Assembly: GCA_950097015.1 (NCBI GenBank)
Contig: CATNEN010000002.1
Coordinates: 3,348,001 to 3,412,000 of the forward strand
DNA: 64,000 bases
Direction of reading: 5' to 3'
Source: Macrostomum hystrix
Lineage: Eukaryota; Animalia; Platyhelminthes
Numbering within the stretch: position 1 is the first letter of the stretch; each line of letters opens with the position of its first letter. The position numbers were made by a program, and so were the translations under genes. Positions 24,301 through 35,470 of this stretch are shown here, piece by piece. The notes under the pieces are model-generated. The model was not told where the DNA came from, searched no databases, and saw nothing but the letters and a program-made list of their open reading frames with translations.

Positions 24301-27300
24301 GCATTTGCAGTTTAGAGCGTACATTTTGTTTTATTGAAAGCGCCATCTAGTGCAAACTGCCACGAAATGTTTTCCTGTCTTTCCACTGAATTTCCCCTTT
24401 CCCCTGTCCCTCGGCTCCGAAGCTTCGTGGAACAGTTGCGCTAGCGTCAACTGTGACCGTGAAAGGGCACCCGTCTGCTGGTTTTTGGCCTTACCTCACA
24501 GAAAGCGCCCTGGTAGGGATCGGGGCAAACAGTGCAGCGCTCTACGGGAGCTGGTTCAGCACCCGAGCTGGCGGTGGCCTCCTGGTACTTGATATCCACT
24601 ATGCGAACGTTCATCTGGCCCTGGAATTGGTAGATCCGGAAGAAAATTCCACGCAGATCAGCGAGGGCGGTCATCACGTCCATTCTAGTGACGGCCGAAC
24701 CGTCGATGGCACGCAGGTTCTGCTCGTCGAGTGTCACGGAGAAGCGAGTCTCTGGGGCGCGGTTGGTGGTTCGGTCCCAATACACCAAGGTCTGGCCTCT
24801 CCAGCCCTGATAGTTGGATGAACAATAATGCATTTGAATGTAAATAACAGATGCCATTGTTGAGCAAAGCACTCTGATTTTCGACATTTGCTAAATATGA
24901 CTGTCATTCTTCATCTCAAGCACGCTCGCTGTTACGATCGTCTTCCATTCTGCTCAGCAGTTTTTTTTCACTTTTCCTAACGGCCCCCTGTCAATTTAGC
25001 ATAGACGCTGTCGCCGTACCTTGATGCCGAAGATTGGGAACGCCGTATCGGCCATCAGCGCTGTGTCCATGCGCACGTTGACTCGCACGGTGAAGCTCAA
25101 TTTTCCACCGTAGGCTGCCAGCTGAAAATGAAAGTCAACACGATTTCTTTTATTTTACATCGCTAACTTGGATTCAGAGTGTCCCAGACTGTTGTCTAGC
25201 CGTACCCGCTTGCCAGACAAGCTCGTCAAGAACACGTAGGACTCGTCATCGTCTCGCAAAGCTGACGAGTCGTCTCCAGTTGGGGCCACGGCTATTTCCG
25301 CTCCGGACTGTACTGTGAGCTTCGCGTGCGAAGTAGCGTCCTCGTACACTCCGTACAGGCCCCAGCCCATCAAACGCACCGCGGATGCTTCCACTGGTAC
25401 TCGCTTCTGAAGTCGTGTGTCAAATGAAACCATGTACAGTTGATAAGCATGTCGAGACAAATTTATTAACCTATTCTAAACTGATGAGAGACTTTTCTGT
25501 ACCTCTTCGAAGTAAAGGCCGGCATTTTCGCAAGCATTCGATCGGTCGGAGCAGAAGCAGGGCACGCATCCATCCGGGTGGTCCCGCCTGAGACTGTGGA
25601 AGCCCGGCTTGCACTTGTCACAGTTTTCACCTTCAACGTTCGCCTGCATTTAAAGATTAAACGATTTCCTCTTTGTTTTCTAGTTGCACTTCTTGCGCTT
25701 TAGTTATGTACTTTTAGTATTGTACTCTTAGTTTTGTTTAGAATGAAAGAAATACTGCAGTCAGCTGCTCACCTTGCAATTGCAGACGTTGTTCTGGCAA
25801 ATGCCACCGATGCCGCAGGTCTTGTTGCAGTCGATGCCAGTGCCGACTGAATTTCAGTTATGATCTTGTTGATAAACTTTTCATAAACTGCTATCTATCA
25901 GTATATCCATATTTTTAACTCTCATGTTGTTTAGTTATCTTAGGTGTACAACCACGAAAAATGAAAATCCGATGCAATTTCGTTATGCTTGTGGAGTATA
26001 ATACAGCTGTATACCTTTTGTACTCGTACTTTAAGCTTATTTGCTATTTACTAGTTTCGTTCAGCCGATCTCTCATGATTATACTCACAAATTAATAACT
26101 ACGAGTGAATTCATGGTTTGAATTCAACGCTCAGAAAAGCGAGAAATATTGGAGAATAACGAACAGCTTTTATTTATCGTTATTTTATTGAAAGATAGAT
26201 TACTGCTTACCACTGCTGATTTTCGCATTCGAATTTCGAATATTGTAAAAAACTGGCTTCAGATATAAACTATTGTATTCTTTATTGCTGTCACACTCAC
26301 ATCGCAAACGATAGCGCGGTAAAAAAGTATAAATAGCAAACGAATCAAGCTGATTTAAGTTTGGTCTAGTAATGATTATCTACAATACATCAATTAAAAC
26401 TATTATTATTTAGCGATAAAATTTCTGAATGATTTCTTAAAAGAAAAAAGTCGATATTTAATTAAAGCAGCAAGCAACTGATACAAAGTTTATTGAATAA
26501 TTTTGTGCGGTTTTCATCATAAAAATGAGAGAAGTAGGAAGAAGATGTTCATTGCTGACAACCTCAGCTCACCTTTTAAAGCACTCACTTTTTAACTTAT
26601 TTGTTGTGAACTTGTAAGCAGAAAGAATTTAAAAGACTGGGACTAAAGGGTAATAAACTACGAGCATATTAACTAAAATAACTACAGCTCATAATAATAC
26701 TTCAATAATAGGCAACTATATATGGTATTCAGAAAATTATATTTCGACATGCTTGCACTTTAAAAGATCGGGCTGCTTTGCGCATAGATTTAGGGCGGCA
26801 GCTATCAGCTTTCGCAATTAGCGCAAAGTTATTGATTGATTTGTTGTCATTAAGTTGCGCGCACAATCGGCTTTAATTGGCCACTATAGTTGTTGAGCGG
26901 GCTTAATCATGGTTGCACTACACTCGGCGGAGAGAACAGAGAGAGGTAGAGGATAAATTGTGAGCAGTTTATCGCAAAATCGATTTATTTATTGGTTTCA
27001 GAATAATAAAAAGCGTGCACAAATCAGCTTTAATTGATCAAATTATTGAGATTTTAGAGAATCGTTACTTGTACAAGCCCTTGTGTGCAGGGCTTTAGAT
27101 TAACAACTATTATCGTTTCTTGTGTATTTTCCATCGAAACGTACTAAAGCCAATACACTGCATATACTAGCAACTAGCTCACACATTGGTTTCTTGTCTT
27201 TCCACATTCATAATTTCGAGTCTATCTGCTTCCTTTTAAATGACTAGCCGCTTATTGACCATATAGCTTGCAGTCATTATCTAAACACATAGTTAATCAT

Positions 27301-30300
27301 CTTTCTGGTTTCACTAACAGAAGAGCAAACTTTCACTCACCCTTGACGTCGAAAATCGGTGACAGCTGTCTCTTGCACTTTGTGGATGCCTCGCAGTTGT
27401 AAAGGCACTCGTCAGCGCGGGTGAAGTTCTCGATCACCAGCGTGCCCTCTACTTCGTAGGTATTGTCGGGATTCCAGCGTCGGACCACGTTCGACTCCTT
27501 CATACGCGTGTCGTCGCGCAGTTTGCCCCAGTTGCAGCGCCAGTTGATGGTCGGTCGCTCGCTTCCTTTCGCGATGCAGCGCAGGGTCGCCCGGGAGCCC
27601 TCCGGCTGCTCCTTCAGCTGCCTGCTAGTCGGCTCGGTGAGGACCAGGCTGCAGCAGTTGGTCTCGTCTTCGCTGGTGGCGCAGTCGTTCTCTGCGTCAC
27701 ACTCGTAGGCTCGTGGGATGCACTTATCATCAGACTTACAGCAGGTTGAATTATGTGGGCAGTTCAGCCAGGGCTTGTTGATACAAGTGTTGGCTGTCGG
27801 TTTGGGGATTGAGTCGTGTAGTTTTCTATGACAGGGGCTTCAAAGAAACAAGACCCTCGAGACCCTTACTGCACCACTCCTTGGACAGGGGCGATTCCTC
27901 ATCATAGCCGTTCTCGCAGTCGTCAGTTCCGTCGCACAGCCAGTGCTTCAAGACACAGTTGCGTGCTGGCCGGGCGCCCTTCCAGTCCTTGCAGGGGACT
28001 TCGTTTGGCTCGCACGGAGCTAGACATTTGATGGTAAGATTTCATACTTGCAGTTGTATTAGCCTAAATAAATTGAAAATTTCTACTCCCAGCTCGCAGT
28101 TATTCAGTACTTCTTCAACTCACAGCACTGTGAAGGCAGCTCGTCCGACCGGTCCGCACAGTCTGCGACTCCGTTGCACATGATGCTTCTGTCACGACAG
28201 CGGTTGTCGCACATGAACTCGTTGGTCTGGCAGAAGTTGATATTAACCTCAGAAGAGCGAACACTATGGGCCTGATTGTTGACATTGTGAACGCAGAAGT
28301 AGAGGCCCGAGTTGGTTTTTGACGGGCTTTCGAGGACAAAGCGAAACATTCCTGGACCTGTCTGTACAGCAGTGTACGGTGTTACACTGGCATTGAAGGC
28401 CAGATTGACGTTCTCGACCCGAAGGCCGATGTCTTTATAGTTGGTGAAGTTGCAGATTATTTCAGTCCTCTGTCCGGCAACCTTGGCGACGTTTGCCGAA
28501 CCAGTTTTCGGCGACACCAGCGAACCGTCGATCCTGATGTCTAGCGTCACTGATAACAGTTCGGATTTTTTTTTGTACTCGTAGTTTGTGGGGCACATCT
28601 AAGATTTGTTATTAGATTCAAAAAGTATGCACAAGAGATCCCTTAAAACTCTTGAAAAAAGCTCACGTGGGTCCTTAACAAGTGGTACAGGATCCGAGTA
28701 TCTCCTTGTGCCAGACGGATCCACACCGGAACACCTGTACCACTGATTCACCCTACTTGGTCTGTGATAGTTGGTGCTCAGGGTAGAGGAAAAATTTTTG
28801 TGCGTAATCACCGGCGGCCCGATGGGATCATTGCGCTCATCGTTAAAGTGAAACTTGATGTCTCGGAGGCGCTTATCATGAGTGCAGTTCACGAATTGGA
28901 ACCCGGGGAACGGTGACGGTCCGACTGTCACGGCTGAAAATTCAAGACAGAAAAAGCTTGCCAGTAAAGTATTTGGAATCTACTGTGAATAACAACAGAA
29001 CGTACTAATCTGAATTGGCTGCTCAAATTGCAGCGTCACATAGTCAAACTCATCGCCCAGACGGCACTCCAGTCGGTAGTTGTGGAAGGGTGGATTGGCG
29101 TGAAATTTAATGATGACCAGCTGGCTGGAGACGGAGTCCTTGATAGACGTCTCGAAGCCGCCGGTGTTTCGATTCACTGGAATGTCGAAAGGTGGGCTGC
29201 CATCCGAAGGCTGAATGCGCCAAACAACGTCATTAAGCTCGCCTCCGATGGGAATTTCGCATTCCAGTTCGCTTACGGCCCCGGGTTTCTTCGACAGGTC
29301 GTAGTTCGACTTGCCGTAATCGTGAATCGTAGGAACTAAAATTTTGTTAATAAACCTTGCGTTTTTATGCCTTGCACACGAAAGTATTACGTTTTATGGA
29401 CTCTGGAGAATTAGGCTCGCACACTTACCAATGACCCGGATGTCCAGAAAGGCATACTTCACTATGCCTCCGACATTGCAACGATAGTAGCCCTTGTTCC
29501 TTACATCGCAGTTCTTAACCGAGAGCACTGACGAGCTCGGGTTTTCTTGAATATCAACGTTGTCCAGTGTACTGATATTGCGGTACGAACCAGCGGAAGC
29601 GGTGTCATCACGGAATGACCATCTGGTACTGTCAGACGGGTCCACCTTGTGGCACTCGAAAGCAACCTTGCTCTTCGGTGTGACGAAAATCGGGACGCTG
29701 GCAACATCCACCGGCACGGGCCGCATTCCGTCTGAAAAGTTGTAACCGTGCATGAAACTGTAGTCAGTACTATGTATGCATGAAACTGTAGTCAGTACTA
29801 TGTATGCATGAAACTGTAGTCAGTACTATGTATGCATGAAGGCATCGAATAAAAATTCAGAGTTAGAAACTATAAGCACATACGCTCGTAGACATTGGTC
29901 ATTCGGCCGTCAATGACTCGCTGAACGGGATCTTTCACAACTTTGAAAAATATGGCGGTATTCGATGGACTGGCTGAATCGGCGCACTTGTAGTACGTAA
30001 ATCCAATGCCGTATTCTCTGCTCAGCTCTGAGTAGGGTAGCAACAGCTGCGGGCCCATCTGCCCGCTGATCTCGTCGAAACTAAGCGTCACATCGTTGTA
30101 CTTGTACCACCTGTATGACCCGCCGCTGCTCAGCGCGATCGTGCAGGTCAGAGAGGCGTCTCTATTCACCGAGACCGATGTCTCGATAATGTTACTCGTC
30201 GGTGGCACTTGAAATAAAAATATTGCGGTTGAAAATGAGTATTGAATGGGTTAGCAGAATTAATTAAATTAGTTGACTCACAGTCGGTGATGACGAACAA

Positions 30301-30627
30301 TGAAGCCCTGTACAAATTCGGGGACACGGGCGGGTCGGTCATGCAGTAGTAGGAGCCGAACCTGCTCTTGTCGTTCTGGCTTAAAATCAGCAGCGGCGTC
30401 ACGCTGACAACAAGGCCGTCCTTCACCCAGGCCTTGAAGCGTCCTGGGGACGACACCGTGCAGTTAATCTGGATCGGGAGCTCATGAGCCTGGTAACGGT
30501 AGATATTCTGCACCTGGAACTCGACAAACATTGGTTGGTTGACGGCCAGACCCTGGGCGTTGGCACTCATTGGAGACAACAGAAGGCCAAGGAATAGGCA
30601 GGCCAGGACAACTGCTGGCTGGCCCAT
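12374..30627 (-). CDS. Perlecan-related secreted multidomain protein, 27 coding exons, ~2,298 aa: signal peptide - ~6 Ig-like - 3 LDLa - Ig - laminin EGF - laminin B (IV) - laminin EGF - ~9 Ig-like
   Basis: GT-AG exons, phase-consistent except for one extra base in exon 6: 30627-30282, 30207-29884, 29731-29429, 29335-29006, 28933-28667, 28598-28124, 28019-27870, 27793-27341, 25846-25773, 25643-25503, 25406-25206, 25121-25020, 24806-24495, 22474-22362, 22111-22044, 21514-21129, 21052-20821, 20388-19636, 19365-19211, 18551-18398, 18249-17721, 17206-16980, 16479-16289, 16203-15978, 15374-15137, 15045-15035, 12510-12374. Hallmarks: hydrophobic leader MGQPAVVLACLFLGLLLSPMSANA; LDLa CNGVADCADRSDE, CDGTDDCENGYDE and CDAENDCATSEDE; perlecan Ig1-like PTINWRCNWG; LE repeat CKANVEGENCDKCKPGFH...GCVPCFC; laminin B LAAYGGKLSFTV...TRMDVMTALADL...VERCTVCPDPYQGAFCE. 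AATAAA lies at about 12135-12145. Confidence 0.88.
13003..14439 (-). pseudogene. Mariner transposase, disrupted by one TGA (13660-13662) and by the LTR insertion
   Basis: EVL*QMDNARPH is in one frame. Deleting 13071-13420 plus one ACCT restores ...HLQAEVEKLYEYCQRVIDIGGHYVVD* ending at 13003. Confidence 0.92.
13071..13420 (-). mobile_element. 350-bp solo LTR with 4-bp TSD (ACCT on +) carrying a spliced-leader-like sequence
   Basis: Ends TGTCTTGA...TCGCGACA (TG...CA, imperfect terminal inverted repeat). ACCT at 13067-13070 and 13421-13424. Minus strand has a pyrimidine-rich U3-like part, TTAAATATA at ~13166-13158, an Inr-like TCACT (A at 13131) and then GCCGTATGAACGGGCTCTTACTGCGAGGACTCAATTTGTAGCATA. 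Confidence 0.88.
14650..14905 (-). mobile_element. CORE-type SINE (family 1), degenerate copy
   Basis: Reverse complement gives aaaggtcggaagttcgattcccgactc...tttagcaatacact...ggtaccagcatta...attattatt. Confidence 0.7.
15035..15045 (-). CDS. 11-nt microexon of the perlecan-related gene
   Basis: Minus strand reads ccccttccatttcAG|ACTACCAAAAG|GTaagg. It converts the phase-2 donor at 15137 into the phase-1 acceptor at 12510, giving ...LVYK-LPK-ENIGRDNAYGTYVCSAEN. Confidence 0.8.
15565..15625 (-). mobile_element. Short fragment of SINE family 2
   Basis: cccatttccctgactcctgagcacacagtacacagata matches the reverse complement of the 18930-18975 body. Confidence 0.5.
16690..16950 (-). mobile_element. 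SINE family 2, degenerate copy
   Basis: Reverse complement atgcccttgagaggcgaacc...gagagtgtacactgcctga...gaagtcagcgaaatg matches 18830-18980. Confidence 0.7.
18724..19100 (+). mobile_element. tRNA-derived SINE (family 2), near full length, (ATT)n tail
   Basis: A box gtggcagagcggt, B-box-like gagctcgattcc, body gcccttgagggccaacctccgaggcaaagtgagagtgtacactgcctgacg, ATT-repeat tail. Copies at 16690 and 58450. Confidence 0.8.
29749..29840. repeat. 28-bp tandem repeat x3 inside intron 2
   Basis: CATGAAACTGTAGTCAGTACTATGTATG at 29751, 29779 and 29807. Confidence 0.95.
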
Positions 30628-31261
30628 GGCTTTGCGCTGCTGGTTGAAAATAATTTCTAGTTAATGCCTAACAGATCCTCAAAGATTGAAGATAGAACTC
30701 CGGCGCCTAGATTTCTGCTGCAAGTGTCCATATATTTCTAGCAACGGGTCTTATAGTGGACCCGTTCACACTGCTGAGGTGGAGAGCGAGGGGCGACAAC
30801 CAATAGAGCGAGTGCTTCGCTGGTCGCTATTGGCTGGAGCTAAGGCATGCGCATCAGGAATATCTGGAAGTTCAACTCTCTTGTTGAGGGAGGCGCACTG
30901 GTCTGCGCCCCGCACAGTTTTGGTCCATTTGTAAAAATGGAATTCAAAACTAAGCATGTGAAGTGTTTTAAAATGTCTGACCTATTACAGCACTAAAACA
31001 AATACATTACTGAACTGCACTGGAATCGACGAAAATATGTGAAACTCTTTCTGGGCTAAGAGCTGATCATGCGAATCTTCGATCAAAGTAGGAATAATGA
31101 ACTTTATCGTAATACGCTCGTGTACAAGAGTACGATATTACAGATTTAAATACCCTCATCGTTTAACTAATTAAGCCAGCATAAGGCATGAATAATTTAT
31201 TGTGTTCACATAAATTGGACCTCAATTCAACAAATTTTATATCCTCATTAAATATAAAATC

Positions 31262-34010
31262 GAGTGTCTACCAAATAGGCATTTTTACGAAGATGATCCG
31301 AAATACGTTGCTAAGAACCTAGACCCAGACAGGAGTAAGTGGAGACAACTCGAACAAGCCGGCGATGTGGAGAAGAATCCTGGGCAGAAGCGTAGAGAGG
31401 AGTAAGAAATGACGAAGTGCGCGGAATGTAAGGAAAAGCTTAGGATGACCCCATGGCGAGCAAGATGCAATGCGTGGCCTACCAAGCCCCGTTAAAGACT
31501 GGTAGTAGGCGCATACAGTGCACTGACTGAAGCAAAGAGAACCACCAGATGCTCTGGGGAGTCCAGGAAACAGCAGAGAAACTGTTGGGACGCGCAAACG
31601 TGGGTGTGCTAGAGTTGCACGGGCAGGTAGCCCGTGCAAGAGCCTGCCGCAGATACCCGGCGTCTCCGTCAAGACCAAGGAAAAGTGCAAACTGTGCAAA
31701 GCGATGTTCCGGACTAGATACAATCCGCTGAAGTCCCCAAGCTGCAAAGGGCTGCTGCATGCGGCTTGCTCGGGGAAAAGTAGGTACGCCAAAGCCTACG
31801 CCACCTGGATGTGCCGAGAATGCATGGACCTGGCCAGCGGAAGAACGGACAACATGATAGAGACACCGAGAAAATAGGAAGAGGGCGAAAAACAGCTCGC
31901 TAAGGATGTGGAAGTTATCGAAATCCGGCCGCGCAGACGGAGCTCGAATGGTGAGCGGAGATCGTCGCCAAGTAGGGAGTAGTAGGGAGGGAGGCTGTCG
32001 AGCAGAGTGGGAAGTCAAATGAGGCTGCCGAAAATTCGATTAAGAAAAGCGGCCAAGGAATGCAGCGACCCCTCCATGTCGCCATGCTGTGTCTGCGGGA
32101 ATAAGGTCGAAAAGGAATGGAGCGTAGTGTGCTCTGAGAGCGGAAACAGGTGCCATGTTAAGTACGCTAAACTTATAGCTACGCAACTCCGGACAGGTAG
32201 CAAGAAGAAATTGGCTACCTGGAAGTGTCCGAGGCACGAGGACGGACCAGTAGTCCGCCAAGTCGCGGAAGACTCCTTGCAGCAACCCGACGAAGAACGA
32301 CCCGATCAGATCAAGGCCGAACAGAAGTGGCATGGCGCGGAGTGCTGAGGCAGACTTGGGAATGCTCACCTCGAGTGCCATTCGTGCGGGTCAAAAGTCC
32401 ACCAAGGATGCGCTGGCAGTAGGGTGCTGTAGAAGCGGTGGAAGGAGCAGTGCGGATGGATTTGCCTACACTGCAAGAGTAGCAAGGGGGAGAGGAGGGA
32501 AGAGAAAGTGGACAGCAAGCATAAGGAGAAGACCAAGACAGGAAGGATCACCATCATACTGTGGAATTGCGATGGCTTAAGCCCCAAGATGAATAACATG
32601 GCTGCACCATGGAAAGCCGACATCATCGCGATCCAGGAGACGAAACTCCGTTCAGAGGATAAAATACCACGTATGCCGGGATACCGGACCATCGGGAAAG
32701 ACAGGGACAGGGCGCAAGCTCGCGGCGGCGGACTGGCCTTTTTCGTCAGAGAAGACCTGCCGTTTAGTATATTCGTATTGGAGACCGGGAGACCCGCGCC
32801 AGACGGCCCCAAACACCCAGGAGTCGAGCAGGACGAGCCAGGGAACAAAGGCGACCTGGAAGCTCTTGGAATCGAGATCCACTGGCCAGAAGAAATTATA
32901 CAGTGCTTCTACAACCTTTATCCGCTATGGGAAAGGGGCAGACAGGACAGGGTCCCAGAGCAGATGAAGGATCGCGGACGATGGCCAGGCTTGGTGCCTG
33001 TGGGACCTGAACGTCCACATCCCATCTTGGGACAGCAACACCGTGGAAAACATTCGACGAGAGGCCTGGGAAGAATGGATGGCCGAGCACGCCATGCGGC
33101 GCTACTCAACGACGGTAGCCACACCAGACGAGGTAGAGCAGGCCAGAGCGACAGCACGCCAGACATCTCATGCTGCAGCTCTGCGGTGTGGAAACAATGG
33201 AGCCCTACCTGGAAATGCCTCAGACAGACGGGATCCGATCACACCCCGATCATCATACAAGCCGGGCACCGCAGCAAGGAGGAGGCCGGGCCGACGAGGT
33301 GGGCATGGAACTGGCGGAAGGCGGACTGGACGGCGGCGATTATGGCGGCTGCAGAGGAGATCGACCTACAATGTGAGACTAAGGACCTGGAGAACGCCAT
33401 CAGAGAGAATATTCTGGATGCAGCCTACAAGTGGGGGGGGGACTGGTCACGGGCAGGCCGCCAGCGGTAGATATGGAGATGCCGGAGATAGCCGAGCAGA
33501 GAGATAAGGTGATGTGGTACAGAAATGACGAACACCAGGTTGAAGAAGCTCAGGAAGCAGTGGAGAGAGCGAAGGAAGAAATCCGGAACATCGAAGTGCG
33601 GAAATGGACAGAGAAACTGGCAGGAAGCACCGCGGTGAACACAATGTGGCAACTGGTGAGAAGTTGCCCCGGAAGTGCCCCAAGGGCCCCGGCTGAGGTG
33701 GTTACGCACAAGGGCCGTAGGTATAGCCCGTAGGTAGCCTAGAGAAAAGGCCACAACGTTTGCCACGGAGTACGCGGCTGTAAGCAACTACCAGATCAAG
33801 AAAAAGGACAGAGCGCTCAGAAGAAAGGTCGAACGGACGCTCAAGAGGACGCAATCAGGTCGTGACGAGGGATCTGACATTACCTGGGTGGAGGTATACA
33901 AGCACTGGACGAAATGCACGGCGGAAAAGCTCCCGGACCAAACAAATTCCACCCGAGGCTGCTCAAGGAGCTGGTCACGCTGGGTGTCAAGCCGGCCTCG
34001 CCCGCCCAAC
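31262..34010 (+). mobile_element. Degenerate APE-type non-LTR retrotransposon (I/Ingi-like): 2A-like peptide, four PHD-like fingers, APE endonuclease; breaks off at the start of RT
   Basis: QLEQAGDVEKNPGQ (31346-31387). Finger remnants KCAECKEKL..CSG..WVC*SC; KCKLCKAMF..CKGLLHAACSG..WMCREC; CCVCGNKV..CSESGNRCHVK..WKCPRH; ECHSCGSKVHQGCAG..WICLHC. APE motifs IILWNCDGL, DIIAIQETKL, RGGGLAFFV, SDHTPIII, WNWRKADW. Last recognisable motif is an RT-start PGP..FHPRLLKEL at ~33930-33975. Multiple stops and frameshifts. Confidence 0.85.
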
Positions 34011-34024
34011 CTACTGCGCCATCG

Positions 34025-34105
34025 CAAGCTATAAACGATTAACTTTCCATAACATTCCATAACTTTCCATAACTCCATAACTTTCCATCCAAAACTTTCC
34101 ATAAT
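34025..34105. repeat. Short ~10-bp tandem (AACTTTCCAT)n
   Basis: aactttccataacattccataactttccataactccataactttccat... Confidence 0.8.
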
Positions 34106-34253
34106 CATCTTATTATTATATATTATTATTATTCATTATTGTGTTACATACCTTTGTTATAATGTACGTTTTCCTGTAAATGTGACTAAGTTAAAATATT
34201 TGATTTATTGGTATAAAAAAGAGAATTGGGTCGCATCACTCAGGTCTGCGTCA

Positions 34254-34768
34254 ACTAAGTACTGAATTCACCGCCACTTGATTTCACCGCTTTTTGAAAC
34301 AAACTTTTAACAACCAAAACTATATAAAATCGATTGCGCAAGTTAATTTAGAGATGCGCCTAAACTTCTAGCACTGCGCGTTCCGTCGGGGCTGCATAAG
34401 AGCGATTTTTTGTTTTATTTTAGGCGGTGAACCGGCGGTGAACTAGATAAATGTAAATTATTTTTTGCGCGTAATTGCGCATGAAAAGCGGTGTTGCATT
34501 TTAAGTTTACACGCCTTTGCGCGATCCTTTTAGCATCTCAGAGTCGTTTTATATGCCTTTGGCTTCATGAAATTGCCTGTTAAAGTATTTTATTTAAAAC
34601 AAAGCTGGCGCGAATTCGAAATCAATACACATGCTCGCGGAAGTCAGATTGAATTGAAACATCGACTTATTGATTTATCTCGTATGTATGCTCTTAAAAG
34701 TAAAAAATACATTACAAAGTTATAATTCTAAAAATTAAGTGTTTAGTAGAAATGAGAATAGTTTCTAT
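34254..34768 (+). repeat. Left TIR (~515 bp)
   Basis: Reverse complement of 48754-49268 with only a handful of mismatches by eye. Contains repeated (TT)CACCGC / GCGGTG(AA) motifs. Confidence 0.95.
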
Positions 34769-35314
34769 ATTGTCTTGAACTAGATTTCTTGTATAGCTAT
34801 CTTATTTAAGTTAATATCAACATATGTACAATTCAATTTAAGTAGGCTATAATTCCCTATTATGGTACAAGAATAGACCTTGGGCCCTAGCATTAGTTAA
34901 TAAATAAAATTCGCATAAAAAGCATCGTTTATTAAGAATACTGCTGGCTAGAAAGGGTGAGCTGGGTATTTGTAGTATTTTGAAAATCAGCGATACATAT
35001 TTGGATTGTATAGTATAGGCCTACTGTATTTCTATGCTATGCTAGGCCTACTGTTAAGAAGGTCAGTAAATTAGAATATATCAAAAAAAGTAAAATATAT
35101 AAATATAAAACAAATATAATATACTTGAAATTAGTCATGTTTAAGTTGGGTCTACTTGTTCTTTTTGTTTTGTTTTTCTTCTTTCAAAAAATACTTTTAT
35201 CATAGCTATCCAGAACATTTTACTTTATTAAAATTGACATATTTGGAAAGATGATAGGCCTATGTGTACATTGTCATCATCTCAATCTCATCTTATATGT
35301 ACAAGCTACAACAG

Positions 35315-35470
35315 ATGTAGGCCTAGCCTTGTGATTAGAATGTAGGACTCATAACTTGAAGTTCAATTCCTGACTCACTGGAACAATTTGTGTCCTTTTG
35401 CTTATGTTTAACTCTATTTGCTATAGTTCACCTAGCTCTTAAATGGGTACCAACATTAGCTAGGGTTAGG
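35315..35470 (+). mobile_element. CORE-type SINE (family 1), degenerate copy inside the left arm of the MULE
   Basis: gaagttcaattcctgactcactggaacaatttgtgtcc...gttcacctagctcttaaatgggtacc. Confidence 0.7.
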
